From positions 4,030,001 to 4,094,000 of the forward strand of contig OZ024762.1 of the NCBI GenBank assembly GCA_964016885.1: a stretch of DNA of 64,000 nucleotides, in the 5' to 3' direction. This document shows positions 62,620 to 64,000 of this stretch, piece by piece (position 1 is the stretch's first letter; each line of letters begins with the position of its first letter). The translations under genes were made by a program, and so were the position numbers. Under the pieces are notes generated by a model. It did no database searches. It was not told where the DNA came from and worked only from the letters and a program-made list of their open reading frames with translations. The DNA is from Eledone cirrhosa (lineage: Eukaryota).

Positions 62620-63025
62620 CCAGCTAAACCTACATAGGTGTTAGCTGTAATAATATGGTAGAACTGGGGACCCTATCATTAAAACGCCCAAGAAACCTCC
62701 TGTAAGACACAACCTTGTAGAAGACCAGCTAAAGCCACATAGGTGTTAACTGTAATAACAACATGATAGGACAGGGGACCCTATCATTAAAACACCCAAG
62801 AAAGTTCGCATGAGATACAACCATGTAGAAGACCAGCTCAACCTACATGGGTGTAAGCTGTAACAACATGATAGGACTTGAGCCCATACTATTAAAACAC
62901 ACATGAAACCTGCTATTAGATAAGATGAACTAAACCTACATGGGTGTGAGCTGTAAGAATAACATGATAGGACTTGGGACCTTATCATTAAAACACCCAA
63001 GAAACCTCCGATGAGATACAATCTC
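62620..63025. repeat. Degenerate ~105-110-bp tandem repeat x ~4
   Basis: Recurring GGGACCCTATCATTAAAACACCCAAGAAA and AAACCTACATGGGTGT..GCTGTAA; outlier copy at ~62338. Confidence 0.75.
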
Positions 63026-63208
63026 AAGGAGGTTCGTTAAACCACTCATGCACCTAACACAAACACATACCACACTGCCTGTGACAATACTGAATTGTAA
63101 CGTTGACACAAAACCTCAAGAATTTCTCACTAAATGCACTGCTTTTGATTTTCAAATAAATTTGAAACTATTTGAAGAATATGGAGGGATTTAGTAATAT
63201 AACTAACT

Positions 63209-63474
63209 AAAGTCTGTCTTAAGCCAGTGCTCATCCTGGTTTCATGGCGTGAAGCGACCAAGAGTACAAGACTCCCCTTGGACACGGCACCTGTCCATCG
63301 AAGGGTTAAACTCCCCAACTATTGCTGGTACTTATTTTCAGCTGAGTATACTGGAACAACATGAAATGAAGTGTTTTGCTCAAGAACACAACACACAACC
63401 CAGGCCCAGGAATTGAACCCATGGAATTATGATCATAAGTCCAACACCCTTACCAATAGGCCATGTGCCTCCAC
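63209..63474 (-). mobile_element. SINE family B, full length with 13-bp TSD
   Basis: AATATAACTAACT at 63196-63208 and 63475-63487; rc head TGGAGGCACATGGCCTATTGGTAAGGG...GGTTCAATTCC. Confidence 0.88.
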
Positions 63475-64000
63475 AATATAACTAACTGGTGTTTGGAATA
63501 TAATTTAACAAGGTTAAGGTTTTTAGATAAATATACACACTTTAACCATTTGTTAACATATTTGTAATGAAAGACATTGCTTATTGTTTTCAAATCATTT
63601 TGAAAATAATCAAGAATTTGGAGTGTTTTAGTAATATAACTAACTTTTTCATTATTAAGCTGGTGTATGGAACATAACTTAACAAATGTTCTTATATGAA
63701 ATTATGATGGAAGGTTTTTAAATAAATATAATCACTTTAACCCTTTTGTTATCATATTTCTAATGAAAGACACTGTTTATGGTTTTTGAATAATTTTGAA
63801 AATAATCAAGAGTTTGAACGGATTTAATGAAATAATTAATTTTCTCATTATTTAAGTTGGTGTTTTCGAAAATAGTTTTAATGAAACACACAGCATATGA
63901 TTAATTTTGAAAATCATCAAGAACCTGGAGGAATTTAGTAATATAATTAATTTTCTTATTATTTATCTGGTGTTTGGAACATAATTTAAAAGTTCTTACA

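Overview
This is repeat-dense animal genomic DNA, most likely from an octopod cephalopod. That assignment is inferred from the tRNA-headed SINE families, RTE tails and extreme microsatellite load, and was not verified. Almost all ORFs in the supplied track are microsatellite artefacts. Host coding signal is limited to one probable first coding exon on the minus strand (20652-20895, GTAAGA donor). The rest is decayed non-LTR retrotransposons (RTE, R4/Dong-type with an RLE domain, Tx1-like 3' ends), several SINE families, hAT/Tc1/Helitron-type MITEs and many tandem arrays. Four things stand out. (1) There are at least five complete minimal type-I hammerhead ribozymes plus several half or fold-back copies, in Penelope-like pLTR fragments lodged in (TA)n tracts; three are in tandem on one strand within about 1 kb. 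(2) An 11.25-kb, ~363-copy 31-bp satellite has grown inside the endonuclease-coding region of an R4/Dong LINE, and its common variants fall at third-codon positions of the LINE frame. (3) Five Tx1-like 3' ends are stacked in (GATA)n. (4) A degenerate repeat carries four co-oriented CTCF-like motifs. All coordinates were read by eye; edges of decayed elements are approximate.
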